A DNA stretch of 64,000 nucleotides from the NCBI GenBank assembly GCA_965248265.1, contig CBDFJF010000002.1, positions 1,568,001 to 1,632,000 on the forward strand, given 5' to 3'. Both the position numbers and the translations under genes were made by a program. Positions 19,349 through 28,773 of this stretch are shown piece after piece. Under the pieces are notes generated by a model. It saw only the letters and a list, made by a program, of their open reading frames with translations. It was not told the DNA's origin and made no database searches. The stretch is from Candidatus Latescibacterota bacterium. Its GTDB lineage: Bacteria > Latescibacterota > UBA2968 > UBA8231. Position 1 is the first letter of the stretch. The number at the start of each line of letters is the position of its first letter.

Positions 19349-20254
19349 CTACACTGGCTTGCGATCCTTCAGGTTCTGTCCCACATACCGGTACCCAGGC
19401 ACATTGCCGGCGCAATGCGTTCCGCGAAACAGCGTCTTCCGCATCGCGGGCATCCGTTCCACCAATGCCTCAGGCGGCTGCCATGGGCTCCACCGGGACC
19501 CGACGCTGTTGTAGAGATTAAAGATCGCCACCCGCTCGTCGTCTGCATTGGTCCAGGGGCACGTGCTGTGCGCCAAGGCCTCGGTAAAAAACAACACCGA
19601 CCCTGCCGGGCATTCATAGGTGTCCCACACCGCCGAATGCGGGTCTTGTATTGACTCGGGCGCGGCATAGGCCGCCTTGTGGCTGCCCGTGGCCAGGAGT
19701 GTCCCGCCCTGTCCCATCTTCACAGGGGCCAATTCCCACACCACCCGTGTCAGGCCACTGAACGACTTGCCGGGGATGCTTTGATAGTGGTGTGAGTCGT
19801 AGGCGAAGCGGAATAAGCCGCTGCCATTGTGCGGACCGAAAACCCCTTCTCGTTCGGGTGTGGCCGCCGGGTTGCGCAAGCCGCTACTCTCCATGCGAAA
19901 GCCATAGCACTCCGGGCTCGACAGATGTGGAAAAGCCAGGAATTCGTTCAAAAAACCCACCACGACTGGATGGTCCGTCAACTTCTGCAGTGGGCCGGCG
20001 ACATGGCTGCGCTCGTGCTCTGGCAGTGACTTCGGATTTCGCACCACCCTCAACGCGTATTCACGCATCGCCTCGATCTCGTCATCGGCCAACACGCCCG
20101 GCACCAACAGCCATCCCCGCGTATCAAAGAGGTACTTCTGCTCCTGCGTCAACGCTATCACCGGTTCGCCATCGGCGTTCCTGGTGGGTAGGTCGCCTTC
20201 GGTAATCTCCAACTTATGTCCCAGATTCTTGTCTACTACGTATGCTTCGCTCAT
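19349..20254 (-). CDS. Divergent PhyH-family Fe(II)/2OG enzyme with H-x-G motif (halogenase candidate)
   Basis: LTQEQKYLFDTRGWL, PHNG at the WHQD position, RVVWEL, GGTLLATGSHK, GSVLFFTEALAH, ERVAIF. Confidence 0.85.
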   Translation of the reverse strand: MSEAYVVDKNLGHKLEITEGDLPTRNADGEPVIALTQEQKYLFDTRGWLLVPGVLADDEIEAMREYALRVVRNPKSLPEHERSHVAGPLQKLTDHPVVVGFLNEFLAFPHLSSPECYGFRMESSGLRNPAATPEREGVFGPHNGSGLFRFAYDSHHYQSIPGKSFSGLTRVVWELAPVKMGQGGTLLATGSHKAAYAAPESIQDPHSAVWDTYECPAGSVLFFTEALAHSTCPWTNADDERVAIFNLYNSVGSRWSPWQPPEALVERMPAMRKTLFRGTHCAGNVPGYRYVGQNLKDRKPV

Positions 20255-20415
20255 CTATCCGTTGCTCCTTGGACTGTCTTCGCTGGCCAGTTTCTTGTCC
20301 GCCAACACCAAGACCGCCAGGGCGACCAGTTCCACGACGGTAGGCGGTACCGACGCAGGGTCAAAAACAGGGGTATTGACAGCAGTCCTATGAAAATCTT
20401 TAGGCCCTTGTTCAT
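20255..20415 (-). pseudogene. Internally deleted small membrane-protein gene (DUF4345-like)
   Basis: GGAGG + MNKGLKIFIGLLSIPLFL is joined out of frame to FDPASVPPTVVELVALAVLVLADKKLASEDSPRSNG-stop at a T-run. Confidence 0.55.
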
Positions 20416-20510
20416 AAAATCCTCCCGCGTATAGTTGATAGGTACAAAAATAAACCAGAGGCAGCCATGCCGCACAATCCGGACGCGGCTGAGTAAAGAA
20501 AGACGATCAG

Positions 20511-21428
20511 ATGACACCATTCCAGGAGAGACTTCGAGGCAGCATCCCCGCGATGATGACGGCGTTGAACGAAGACCTCACCGTCGATCGAGAGGCCATG
20601 AGCAAGACGGCACGCCGTCTGCTCGACAACGGTTCACGGGGGGTGGTCGTGCTCGGTACGACTGGTGAGTTCGCCGGGATCGATGACGACCAGCGTGAAT
20701 TCGCGATCCGCAGTGTCGTCGACGAAGTCGGCGGACAGGCCCCGGTGATTGTCGGCTGCGGCCAGCCAAACGTCCGCCGAACCCATGAGCAGGCCAGGGC
20801 CGCCGCTGACCTTGGCGCCGACGGCATTCTCGTCAACCCTCCCTTCTACTTTCCCATGACCCAGGATCAGGTCGTCTCCTTCTTCGGCGATCTGGTCGGT
20901 GCTTCACCCCTTCCCGTCATGCTCTACAACATCCCCTCGATGACGATGGTGTCAGTGGAGCCGTCCACCATACCGAAACTGCGGGACGTTGGTGTACAGG
21001 GTACCAAAGACAGTTCCGGAATCCCCGCCAACACCCTCGCCTACCTTGCTGCGCTCAGCTCCGGGTCGGACTTTCGCGTCGTTGTCGGCGGTGAGACCTT
21101 TTTTCTGCACCTGCTCGATGCTGGTGTCTGTGCCACCACCGGCCTGGTGCCCAACGTCGCGCCGCAATTGGCCGCACGCGTCCACGCAGCCTGGCACGAG
21201 GGAGACTACAAGGCCGGTTTCGCCGCCCAGCACCGAGCCAATGCTTTCGCTTCCGCTCTTCGCGGACTGCACGAATTCGTGCCGGCCGCCGGCAAGGCTG
21301 TGCTCAACCGGCTCGGTCTGATGGAGAAGTGGGTTGCGCCCCCCAAGACGCCCATGACCGATGAAGAAGCAGACCGCGCTTTCGAGACCGTGAAGTCATT
21401 CCTGCCTGAGTTCGATACAGAGTCATGA
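20511..21428 (+). CDS. Dihydrodipicolinate synthase family protein
   Basis: LGTTGEF, PVIVGCG, PPFYF, MLYNIP, GTKDSSG. Confidence 0.92.
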   Translation: MTPFQERLRGSIPAMMTALNEDLTVDREAMSKTARRLLDNGSRGVVVLGTTGEFAGIDDDQREFAIRSVVDEVGGQAPVIVGCGQPNVRRTHEQARAAADLGADGILVNPPFYFPMTQDQVVSFFGDLVGASPLPVMLYNIPSMTMVSVEPSTIPKLRDVGVQGTKDSSGIPANTLAYLAALSSGSDFRVVVGGETFFLHLLDAGVCATTGLVPNVAPQLAARVHAAWHEGDYKAGFAAQHRANAFASALRGLHEFVPAAGKAVLNRLGLMEKWVAPPKTPMTDEEADRAFETVKSFLPEFDTES

Positions 21429-21449
21429 GGCGGAGTCCATCGAGCACTG

Positions 21450-22256
21450 TCAGCTATCGCCCTTGGCCTGCGTCGCTTCACGTTTCTTGGCCGCGTAGGT
21501 GTCGGTCTCGAGTTGCCAGTAAAAATCCCGGGCCTTCTCCAATGGTGGCTGACTCACCTTGAAGCCGAGTACGAAGGCGCGCCGGGGCTCCTCGGAGGTG
21601 TTGGGCGGCGTGTAGTGGCAGGTCCTGCTGTAGTGGAAGGTTGCTCCTCCAGCGGGCAGTGGGCAGGCAACGGCCGTCGATATATCGAAATGGCCATCGT
21701 CCATCTCCAGGCCGTGGATTTTGGGATTGTTGTCGATGTGGTGATGTGGCGCCACCTCGGCGCGGTGGGTTTGGGGGATGAAATGCATGCACCCGTTTTC
21801 AAGCGTGGCCGGTTGAAGGGGCATCCACACGCTCAGGGCCAGGTCGTTGCTGGCTGGGTCCCAGTAGGCGATATCCTGGTGCCACGGCGTGGCGACGCCG
21901 ATGCGGGCCGGCTTGAGGATGGCGTGAGCTCCCACGACTTCGCATCCCGGCCCCAGCAGCTGCGTGCTGATCGCTAAGGCATTGGCCTCGTACAGACTGT
22001 CCCTCAGGTCGTCGGCGTATTTTCGGGGTTCCAGGATTTGCGGCAGAGCGGGCTCGGTGCCCTCCTCGTCTGGACCGGCAAGGTCATACTCATGGCCCTC
22101 CTCGCGTCCGGCCCGGCGCGCGAAGATCTCGTCGTAAGCCAGGCGCATCCGCTCCACCTCTTCATCGGTGGTGATTCGTTCGACGGCCAGGTATCCCTGG
22201 TCGCGGAAGAGGTCGACTTGCTCCCTAGTAACGGTGATCATCGACTGCTGTCTCAT
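21450..22256 (-). CDS. Phytanoyl-CoA dioxygenase family protein
   Basis: TPWHQD, SVWMPL, NGCMHFIP, GGATFH...CHYTPPNTSEEPRRA. Confidence 0.92.
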   Translation of the reverse strand: MRQQSMITVTREQVDLFRDQGYLAVERITTDEEVERMRLAYDEIFARRAGREEGHEYDLAGPDEEGTEPALPQILEPRKYADDLRDSLYEANALAISTQLLGPGCEVVGAHAILKPARIGVATPWHQDIAYWDPASNDLALSVWMPLQPATLENGCMHFIPQTHRAEVAPHHHIDNNPKIHGLEMDDGHFDISTAVACPLPAGGATFHYSRTCHYTPPNTSEEPRRAFVLGFKVSQPPLEKARDFYWQLETDTYAAKKREATQAKGDS

Positions 22257-22283
22257 AGTAGCTGACCTTTCAGAGAGGATACC

Positions 22284-23684
22284 TTATAGACGATAGGCGA
22301 ACACCTTCGCCTGAAACATCTTCACGCGAATAGCCACCATCTCGCCGGCGCTAGAGATATCGCTGTTCCCATCCCAGGTGACCACCTGGTCTTCTTCATC
22401 TCCCACCAGGCGATCGCACACGTCAAACGTGAAACCTGCTATGGGGTCTACATCCGGGCAGTTCTTTGATGGTATGGCCCGCATCAATTCCACGCTAATC
22501 CAGCCACCGGGTGCGCAGCGGTAGTTGAGGCGTAGTTCCTTTTCCCTGCGAAACACCGTGGCGATGGTGAATCTTCCTTCGCTCTCGGTTTCCATGCCGC
22601 ACAGCCGATGCGCTCGCCAGCGCGCCCACCTCTTCTCGTCCGGCACCATCTCCGGAAAAAGAGCCGGCTTGTAGGCTTCGTCGGACGTGTGGGTGGTCGA
22701 ACGAGCCAGATATTGCAAGGCCCAATAGCCTTCTGGAAGCACCACCGGAGGGGCGCACGGGTAGAGCTGGCCCTCGTCCCCGCTTCCGCGCTTGCCCAGG
22801 TTGAGGACGGCGCGACGCTCCGGGCGGGTCCACACCAGACCGTCGCGACTGAAGGCGAGCTGCAAGTCCACGTGATCGGTTACCATGTGGAAAACTGGGA
22901 GGATTATTACGTGAAGATCCTGCCGGCCCGGATAGGGGAAGTAGCAGGTCCCGTAGAACGATATGTCCAGGGGGTCCTGTGCATCGGGATGGAGCAGGAG
23001 CTTGGCCGCGGGCCAGTGGCGGAAGTCCTTGGTCCGTGCCAGCCCCACCGCGCGGCGCACCACCTCGGTCTCGGGTAGGCCGGTGCCCAGACCTTGAGGT
23101 TCTATGGGGGCGCATCCCTGGGGCTGCAGGAAGGCGAAGTAGGTCTTGCTGTGCGCGTCGAAACCTGGTGAAATGCCGCCGTTGACGGAGTAGTTAGCGA
23201 GGGGTTCCTCGATCTTGGTCCAGTTGATGCGGTCCGGAGAAGTCCGGCCCAGCATCTGACCCTTGAGAACCACCTTGCGACCGCTGTAGTCTGGTCCTTC
23301 GTACTGTTCAGCGCGCCAGCATTTGTCCGCTTCATCGTGGGGCACTTCCTCGCCTGTTTCGCGGTCGAGCCAGAATCCCTTGGCGTCCATGGCCTTGTAG
23401 CGTTCGGCGGGCGGTGCCGACGGATCTTCGAAGCCCTCGGGCTTCCATTCCTCTTCGGGTATCGAAATCGGCTCGCATCTCTGGGCCTCTTCCACCCGCA
23501 GATTCACCCCGATCGGCGCGTCAAACAGCTCGTACCTTCCGTCGCGGGTGACGCTGCGGTGGCCCGGGAAGATCTCCTGTACGTCCACAAGAGCCATCCA
23601 GGTGCCGGGATTGAACCGGGGGCGCACCCAGTCGCCGGGGAAGTAACTACCGCGTGCCAGAATATCCTCCATCTCACCAGCCAT
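22284..23684 (-). CDS. Beta-propeller glycoside hydrolase-like protein (same family as 13416-16216; probable in-frame deletion)
   Basis: FEDPSAPPAERYK, SPDRINW, TKDFRHW, DLQLAFSRDGLVW, LRLNY...GWISVEL, FQAKVFAY. Confidence 0.72.
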   Translation of the reverse strand: MAGEMEDILARGSYFPGDWVRPRFNPGTWMALVDVQEIFPGHRSVTRDGRYELFDAPIGVNLRVEEAQRCEPISIPEEEWKPEGFEDPSAPPAERYKAMDAKGFWLDRETGEEVPHDEADKCWRAEQYEGPDYSGRKVVLKGQMLGRTSPDRINWTKIEEPLANYSVNGGISPGFDAHSKTYFAFLQPQGCAPIEPQGLGTGLPETEVVRRAVGLARTKDFRHWPAAKLLLHPDAQDPLDISFYGTCYFPYPGRQDLHVIILPVFHMVTDHVDLQLAFSRDGLVWTRPERRAVLNLGKRGSGDEGQLYPCAPPVVLPEGYWALQYLARSTTHTSDEAYKPALFPEMVPDEKRWARWRAHRLCGMETESEGRFTIATVFRREKELRLNYRCAPGGWISVELMRAIPSKNCPDVDPIAGFTFDVCDRLVGDEEDQVVTWDGNSDISSAGEMVAIRVKMFQAKVFAYRL

Positions 23685-23697
23685 CTTTTGACTCCTT

Positions 23698-24546
23698 TCA
23701 CCACGCGGGTTTCGGGTTCAGCTCTCGTGTCCACTGGTCTATCACGTCGCCTTCTGCCGACACCGCTTCTCCGCGAATAGTCGAGTCTTCGAGCGCGAAG
23801 CGCACGTAGGTCTGCCTGTCGTCGAAGGCCTGGGTGTACTCACTCGGCTTCTCACCCATATCGTCGAAGAAGATGTCAGAGGCGCTGGTCATGATCTGCA
23901 ATATCGTCTTGTAGCGGACCCGCTCGTAGGCGTGAAGATGACCACATAGGTACAGATCGACGCCCTCGTCGAGCAGCATGGGAAGCAAGAGCCCGCTGGT
24001 ACCCCGCTCCTCGTCGCGCAGTATGGAGTGGTCCACCAACCAGGGCGCCACAATAATGGGATAGTGCCCGACAACTATTGTACACCGAGCCTGCCTTTTG
24101 GCCCGCAGATCGCGCTTCAGCCAGTGCGCCTGCGCGCCGTCCTTAAAACCACCGCGATGCCTGCCAGTAAGGACATCCAGATTGGCGATATGCACGCCGC
24201 GGATGGTCTTTGCGTGGTAGGTTGTCTTGCCCTGGCGGCCCACCTGTTTCAGATAGTTCCCAGAGGAAGGCGGTGATCCGGTCTGGTCGTGGTTGCCGAT
24301 GGTCGATATCACCGGGCACTGCCCCTGCAAAGGAGCCATGACGCGATGGTAGGCCGCCCACATGAGCTCGACCCTGTGGACTTCCTCGGGATCGTCGTTG
24401 ACTGCGCCGGCGACGTGGTCACCACCATGGATGACAAAATGTGGCTTTTCAGCCGCGACCCGCTCGATCAGCAGTCGTCGCCGTTCCTCGTGTTCGTCGA
24501 GATCTGGTTTCAACTGCAAATCACTGACGAAAATCCAACGGGTCAT
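23698..24546 (-). CDS. Calcineurin-like metallophosphoesterase
   Basis: SDLQ, GGDHV, IGNHD, GHYP, CGHLHAYER. Confidence 0.9.
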   Translation of the reverse strand: MTRWIFVSDLQLKPDLDEHEERRRLLIERVAAEKPHFVIHGGDHVAGAVNDDPEEVHRVELMWAAYHRVMAPLQGQCPVISTIGNHDQTGSPPSSGNYLKQVGRQGKTTYHAKTIRGVHIANLDVLTGRHRGGFKDGAQAHWLKRDLRAKRQARCTIVVGHYPIIVAPWLVDHSILRDEERGTSGLLLPMLLDEGVDLYLCGHLHAYERVRYKTILQIMTSASDIFFDDMGEKPSEYTQAFDDRQTYVRFALEDSTIRGEAVSAEGDVIDQWTRELNPKPAW

Positions 24547-26021
24547 TGGCCAGTCCGTGTGGGGTATGGACCGAAGTGTACGATTACCTCTACATCGACA
24601 ACGCTGATGTCACCGTAGAGATCCTCCGGTCTGCTGTGAAGGGTGACTTCGAGGGTGTTGCGTCCCCTTTGAGGCCGGATCTTCTCCAGCTCGATCTCTA
24701 TCCATTGCGACTCGTAGGGCGCGACCAGGCCACCATACGATCGGACCGCTGTCTCTCCTGCCAGCGAATTCCCGTTGAGCGCCATCGCCACATCATCCCC
24801 CGTCACCGTGTTGAAAAGGTTCACGCGTAGCAAAACGTGCCGTACCTGTTCCTCGTCAGCGGCGAGGTCATCAGATAGATAAAACGGGATCGTCGCCGAA
24901 CCGCCGACAGATATGTGCTGTGGAAGTGCCCTGTCGTAGCCAACGGCGGCGTTGGACTCGTCTCGCCACGGGAGGAAGTAGTGCTTGGACTTTCCGCTCG
25001 CAAGGTCCGGGTCGCCCAACTCGCTGAGCAGGGCGCGTTCCGCGTCGCCGAACGGCCACTTGAAGAACCAGGCGTACAGCCCGTCCACCCCCTTATCCAG
25101 GTGGTTGGAGGCGGCCGCACGCACCATTTCCGGCCGGGCATGCACGATGTGGTTGAAACGCCGGTCATCTTCGATGTGGTAGTACGGGTGCAGGAATCCA
25201 TAGACCGAGGTATCGGCTGCATGCGCCGCCTCGATCAACCACTCCATCGGCATGTCCCCGTCCAGGTAGCAGGGTTGATAGACCAGGGGCACGACGTAGT
25301 CGAGGAGGCCGTCCTCGAGCCAACGCCTCACGTCGAGGCCGGCATTCAGACACATCTCTTCGGTGGGAAGAACCCGCGCGCCGACAATTCCAGGTTTCCC
25401 CGATCGGCTCCGGACCATGTCCGTGACCCTGCCGATGAGCTCTGTCATGATCGCAAGACTCTGGCGGCCCTTGTCGACCTCGAAGTAAAAGTCCGAGAAG
25501 CAGAAGTCCAGCTCGACGCCGTCGGTGGGATAGTCGGTCACCAGCTCCTTGAGAACCGAGAAGTGGTGGTCACGAACTTCCTGGTGTGCGTGATCGGCTC
25601 CACCGCGCATCCGTACGCTCACCGACTGTTCCGGGACTGGAATCCGGTGTCTGTCCTCCAGGCCGGCGTATCCCGTTAACCTGAGGCTTGCTATGAAGTC
25701 GATGCCCTTGTCATGAGCCCGGTCGATGAGGACCCGGAGCGGATCGTGGCCCTGGTCGATGAGCGTCCTCAGATTTTTCCACGTGCGCCATTCAATGACT
25801 GACTCCATCCTTTCCCTGTCGTCTCCAAACATGATCCCGTGTTTTGACGGATAGAACAGGCCGTCGGTCCGCTCCACACCGTACACGAAGGTGTCGACCC
25901 CGGTGCCGGCGACCTCGTCAATAGCCCGCCACGCCTCCTGAAGTGTCATGGGCGGTTCGATGACAAACAGGTAGTAATGACGAGCGTCGTTGAAGTAGAG
26001 GGTACGCTTGGTTCGGGCCAT
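24543..26021 (-). CDS. Glycoside hydrolase-like TIM-barrel protein (GHL10/DUF187-like) with C-terminal beta domain
   Basis: YFNDARH, DPLRVLIDRAHDKGIDFIASLR, EVRDH...ELVTDYPTDGVELDF, GLDVRRWLEDGLLDYV. Confidence 0.65.
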   Translation of the reverse strand: MARTKRTLYFNDARHYYLFVIEPPMTLQEAWRAIDEVAGTGVDTFVYGVERTDGLFYPSKHGIMFGDDRERMESVIEWRTWKNLRTLIDQGHDPLRVLIDRAHDKGIDFIASLRLTGYAGLEDRHRIPVPEQSVSVRMRGGADHAHQEVRDHHFSVLKELVTDYPTDGVELDFCFSDFYFEVDKGRQSLAIMTELIGRVTDMVRSRSGKPGIVGARVLPTEEMCLNAGLDVRRWLEDGLLDYVVPLVYQPCYLDGDMPMEWLIEAAHAADTSVYGFLHPYYHIEDDRRFNHIVHARPEMVRAAASNHLDKGVDGLYAWFFKWPFGDAERALLSELGDPDLASGKSKHYFLPWRDESNAAVGYDRALPQHISVGGSATIPFYLSDDLAADEEQVRHVLLRVNLFNTVTGDDVAMALNGNSLAGETAVRSYGGLVAPYESQWIEIELEKIRPQRGRNTLEVTLHSRPEDLYGDISVVDVEVIVHFGPYPTRTGQ

Positions 26022-26184
26022 TCAGAACACTCCAGAACAGGGCTGTGGAGACACTGTACATCCGGGATGGTTAGCGCACAAGGCGAGCGGCTTCTGTCGA
26101 TATTGCAGGGTCAACCACACATAGGTACATTGGCGGTCCTCACTAACGGTTCAGATTGACGGACCAGATTACTACAGGCCGGAA

Positions 26185-27009
26185 ATGACCACTGCGTCGC
26201 AGCCCGACATCGATCAACTCGTCAACGAACTCCACATCAACGGCTTCGTGGTGTTCGAGGATCTCATACCCGTAGAAACCATTGACCGGATCTACGCCCG
26301 GTGCAAGCCGATGATGGATCGGATCGAGGCCTGGAATTCGACCGTGCTGAAGGGCGAGCGCTCGACAGGCCAGGGCCGTGTGACTCAGAAACAGCGGTTC
26401 AAGATCTACCCGCCCTTCGAAACGCCGTTCAGTGATCCTGTCATCACCGAGAACCCGCTGGTCCTGGAGCTACTCGAACGGGTCTGGGGCACCGAGGACA
26501 TCGAGCTCCATTCATACGCCTCAAACTGTCCGGCTCCGGGTACCGAATACCAGAACTGGCACCGCGATGGAATGTTGATCGCGCCCAACCTGGCCCTTCC
26601 TGTCTATCCATCCCTTGGGCTGAACTTCTCCCTCGTCGATACGAACGAAGACAACGCCAGTACCGAGATCATCCCCTGTACGCATCACTGCTCCATCGAA
26701 AGCCTGCACCACATCCCCGGCTCCGAAACGGCTCAGTCATTGAACGAGGTTATCGAGGCGGGGCGCTATCCGTCCAAGATGCGCCTGAACCTCAAGCGCG
26801 GCAGCGCCTGGATCGTCGACCCGCGAATCATTCACCGCGGCATGCCAAATCGCTCCGACCACACACGTATCATGCTGGGTGTCGGTTACACCCAGTCGTG
26901 GTTCGGAGGACGTGGCGACGACACGGTGCCGGAGCTGACGCAGGACCAGTTCGATCAACTGTCCGAGCGTGGCAAGCGCCTGCTGCGAAACTGCACGATC
27001 GTCGATTGA
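26185..27009 (+). CDS. Phytanoyl-CoA dioxygenase family protein
   Basis: QNWHRD, STEIIPCTH, DPRIIHRGMPNRSDHTR. Confidence 0.9.
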   Translation: MTTASQPDIDQLVNELHINGFVVFEDLIPVETIDRIYARCKPMMDRIEAWNSTVLKGERSTGQGRVTQKQRFKIYPPFETPFSDPVITENPLVLELLERVWGTEDIELHSYASNCPAPGTEYQNWHRDGMLIAPNLALPVYPSLGLNFSLVDTNEDNASTEIIPCTHHCSIESLHHIPGSETAQSLNEVIEAGRYPSKMRLNLKRGSAWIVDPRIIHRGMPNRSDHTRIMLGVGYTQSWFGGRGDDTVPELTQDQFDQLSERGKRLLRNCTIVD

Positions 27010-27032
27010 GTCGGGTCGGGGAGAGTCTCTCC

Positions 27033-27770
27033 ATGAACAGCCATCAAGCGATCGCCCACCTCGACGAGCACGGATACGTCATACTCGAGGGTGCGCTGAC
27101 CCCGGATCAGGCCAATCAGCTGCGTGATCGCTCAGCCGAGCTCATCACGCAAGAGCGGGCAGCCAGTGGCGAGTACATCTATCTGGACGGCAAATCACAG
27201 CGGGTCTGGAATCTGGTCAACAAGGGGCGTATCTACGAGGAGATGATCCAGCATCCGAGGGTGCTGGAGTTACAGGAGTACCTGCTGGGTGACGATTGCA
27301 TACTGAGCAGTTTTACGGTCAATCTCATCGGGCCGGGGTCGGCGGGCGGGCGGTGGCATAGCGACTCGCCGCCGATTTGCACTTTTCCCGATCCGCTGCC
27401 GCCGAATGCTTTCTGCGCCAATACCATCTACGTGCTCGACGACTTTTCCCCCCAGAACGGAGCGACGTGGATGGTGCCTGGCAGCCACAGGCGCGACCAC
27501 AGGCCCGAGCCGCAGGGGGAGTACGACGACGGGATCCAACTTGCAGCGCACAAGGGTGACATCGTCGTCTTCAACGGCGGGACCTGGCACGCCAGCGGCG
27601 CCAATCACACCTCAAGCGAGCGGATGATCCTGCTCGGCTTCTTCTGCCGCTCGTTCGCGAAGCCGCAACAAGACCTGTTCAGGCTGGCGCAGCCGGAACT
27701 CGTCGAACGGGCGACGCCGACGCTCAAGCGGTTGCTGGGGTTCGAGTCGCAGTCCGGACTAAGGACTTAG
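27033..27770 (+). CDS. Phytanoyl-CoA dioxygenase family protein
   Basis: QRVWNLVNKG, WHSD, DDFSPQNGATWMVPGSH, WHASGANHTSSER. Start ATG 27033. Confidence 0.92.
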   Translation: MNSHQAIAHLDEHGYVILEGALTPDQANQLRDRSAELITQERAASGEYIYLDGKSQRVWNLVNKGRIYEEMIQHPRVLELQEYLLGDDCILSSFTVNLIGPGSAGGRWHSDSPPICTFPDPLPPNAFCANTIYVLDDFSPQNGATWMVPGSHRRDHRPEPQGEYDDGIQLAAHKGDIVVFNGGTWHASGANHTSSERMILLGFFCRSFAKPQQDLFRLAQPELVERATPTLKRLLGFESQSGLRT

Positions 27771-27786
27771 GAAACGGATCCTGAGT

Positions 27787-28578
27787 TCACGCCCACTCTT
27801 CGCAACCCCGAAACGACATGTGCTCGCCGGCGACGTATCGCGGCTGCTCCTTGTAGTCATTCACACCCGGCACCGGCTCTCCTCGAAACAGGTAGGCACA
27901 GGGCCAATCGGTCGTGATGCGGGTGGTCGGCGGCATATAGATGATGGAGCCGCCGCGCCGCCACTGATCACTCGTGTTCTGGTTGGAGCTGTGCAGGGTT
28001 AGTGGATGATGAACGGAGATGTCTCCCGGGTTCAGCTCGATGTCGCAAGCCCGACTGTCATCGATGACTTCGGGCGCGGCTTCCGAACCGAGCAGGTTGC
28101 GCTTGTCCGGAGACGCCTGATGGGACAATGAGCCTTGCCGGTGCGACCCTGGAATGACCCGGACACATCCGTTTTCGCGCGTCGTCTTCGTGACCGCGAA
28201 CCAGACCACGATCACCTCCATCGGTTCGAGCGGCCAGTAGTGTGCGTCCTGATGCCAGCGAACCTCGAGACCCTTGCGCGGCGGCTTTGCAATGTAGTCG
28301 GCGGCGAAAAAGGCGACGTTGGGGCCCACGAAGGCCTCGGCCACATTCAATAGCCGCTCATCTGACAGAAAGCGAAGCCAGAAAGGGTCGGATGGAATCA
28401 ACCGATGGCCCAGACTTTCCGGCCGCAACTCAGGGTGCCGTTCGATCAACCAGTCGACGTGCCGGTCCAGTTCCTGAACGAAATCCGCATCCAGGACGTT
28501 GCGGACTACGACGGCTCCGTCGCGCTGATGCGCCTCCTGAATCCCACTCAAGTCTTCAAGACTGAACTCACTGATCAT
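27787..28578 (-). CDS. Phytanoyl-CoA dioxygenase family protein
   Basis: WHQDAHYWPLEP, ENGCVRVIPGSH, HHPLTLHSSNQNTSDQWRRG. Start ATG 28578. Confidence 0.92.
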   Translation of the reverse strand: MISEFSLEDLSGIQEAHQRDGAVVVRNVLDADFVQELDRHVDWLIERHPELRPESLGHRLIPSDPFWLRFLSDERLLNVAEAFVGPNVAFFAADYIAKPPRKGLEVRWHQDAHYWPLEPMEVIVVWFAVTKTTRENGCVRVIPGSHRQGSLSHQASPDKRNLLGSEAAPEVIDDSRACDIELNPGDISVHHPLTLHSSNQNTSDQWRRGGSIIYMPPTTRITTDWPCAYLFRGEPVPGVNDYKEQPRYVAGEHMSFRGCEEWA

Positions 28579-28625
28579 GGCTGCAGCTCCCTGCTTTTTT
28601 CGGACGGAACGCGTCTTCGAAATGG

Positions 28626-28655
28626 ATACTACGTTGCAAGATTCCGGCGTGTCAA
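28626..28655 (-). promoter_or_regulatory. Sigma70-type promoter for the 27787-28578 PhyH
   Basis: Minus strand TTGACA (28655-28650), 18-nt spacer, TAGTAT (28631-28626). A second TTGACA at 28711 faces the divergent gene. Confidence 0.5.
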
Positions 28656-28773
28656 ACTTCACGCTGTGGGCTCGCTGGCTCACGAATGACACTACGTCCT
28701 ATACTATTCGTTGACACGTATGACTCGACATGGATAGCGGTCGTTTCCCGCCGCTGAAGGAGGGCCAAAAAAA

